A stretch of 33,944 bases of DNA from contig JAUCBJ010007356.1 of NCBI GenBank assembly GCA_032718475.1, forward strand, positions 1 through 33,944. Reading direction: 5' to 3'. Of the stretch, positions 33,881 to 33,944 are shown piece after piece. This DNA is from Nemertoderma westbladi. Lineage: Eukaryota; Animalia; Xenacoelomorpha. The first letter of the stretch is position 1, and each line of letters starts with the position of its first letter. A model generated the notes under the pieces. The model was not told the DNA's origin, did no database searches, and saw only the letters and a list, made by a program, of their open reading frames with translations. The translations under genes were made by a program, and so were the position numbers.

Positions 33881-33944
33881 TGTGGGAGCGCTATCGGCGC
33901 CCGGTCCCGGATCCACGGCCACGCACTATCCCGCTCGAGGGGTG
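33881..33944 (-). repeat. Gypsy 5' LTR, U5 end (continues beyond window)
   Basis: Identical to 27044-27107. Confidence 0.95.

Larger units (their letters stand above)
27044..33944 (-). mobile_element. Ty3/Gypsy LTR retrotransposon inserted in the BEL 3' LTR
   Basis: LTR copies start at 27044 and 33881 (64/64 identical over the visible part), with PBS, PPT, gag and PR-RT-RH-IN order. Confidence 0.97.

Overview
This is eukaryotic (probably invertebrate animal) repeat DNA made entirely of nested retroelements, with no host gene. A CR1/L2-like LINE fragment (9830-11868, +) is cut on both sides by two copies of one BEL/Pao LTR retrotransposon family arranged head-to-head. Copy A (1-9829, -) runs off the left edge and has an intact gag-protease frame but a 760-bp frameshifting deletion before the RT core. 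Copy B (11869-27043+, +) has a gag-pol broken by 4 stops and 3 frameshifts, and its LTRs differ at 7 of 809 comparable bases. The 3' LTR of copy B is interrupted by a young Ty3/Gypsy element (27044 to beyond 33944, -) with a tRNA-Pro PBS, a PPT, an intact pol and a 39-bp tandem repeat in gag. The most unusual part is the ~3.2-kb region between integrase and the 3' LTR of copy B. It holds a second PPT/TGTA-like junction, a long G-U-rich sense-strand hairpin, and directly behind it a decayed non-env accessory ORF with a CxxC-x16-CxxH motif and a basic tail. The long BEL 5' leader carries an array of TACCGGTA palindromes, internally homogenised repeats and conserved stem-loops. All comparisons were made by eye and no database search was run.
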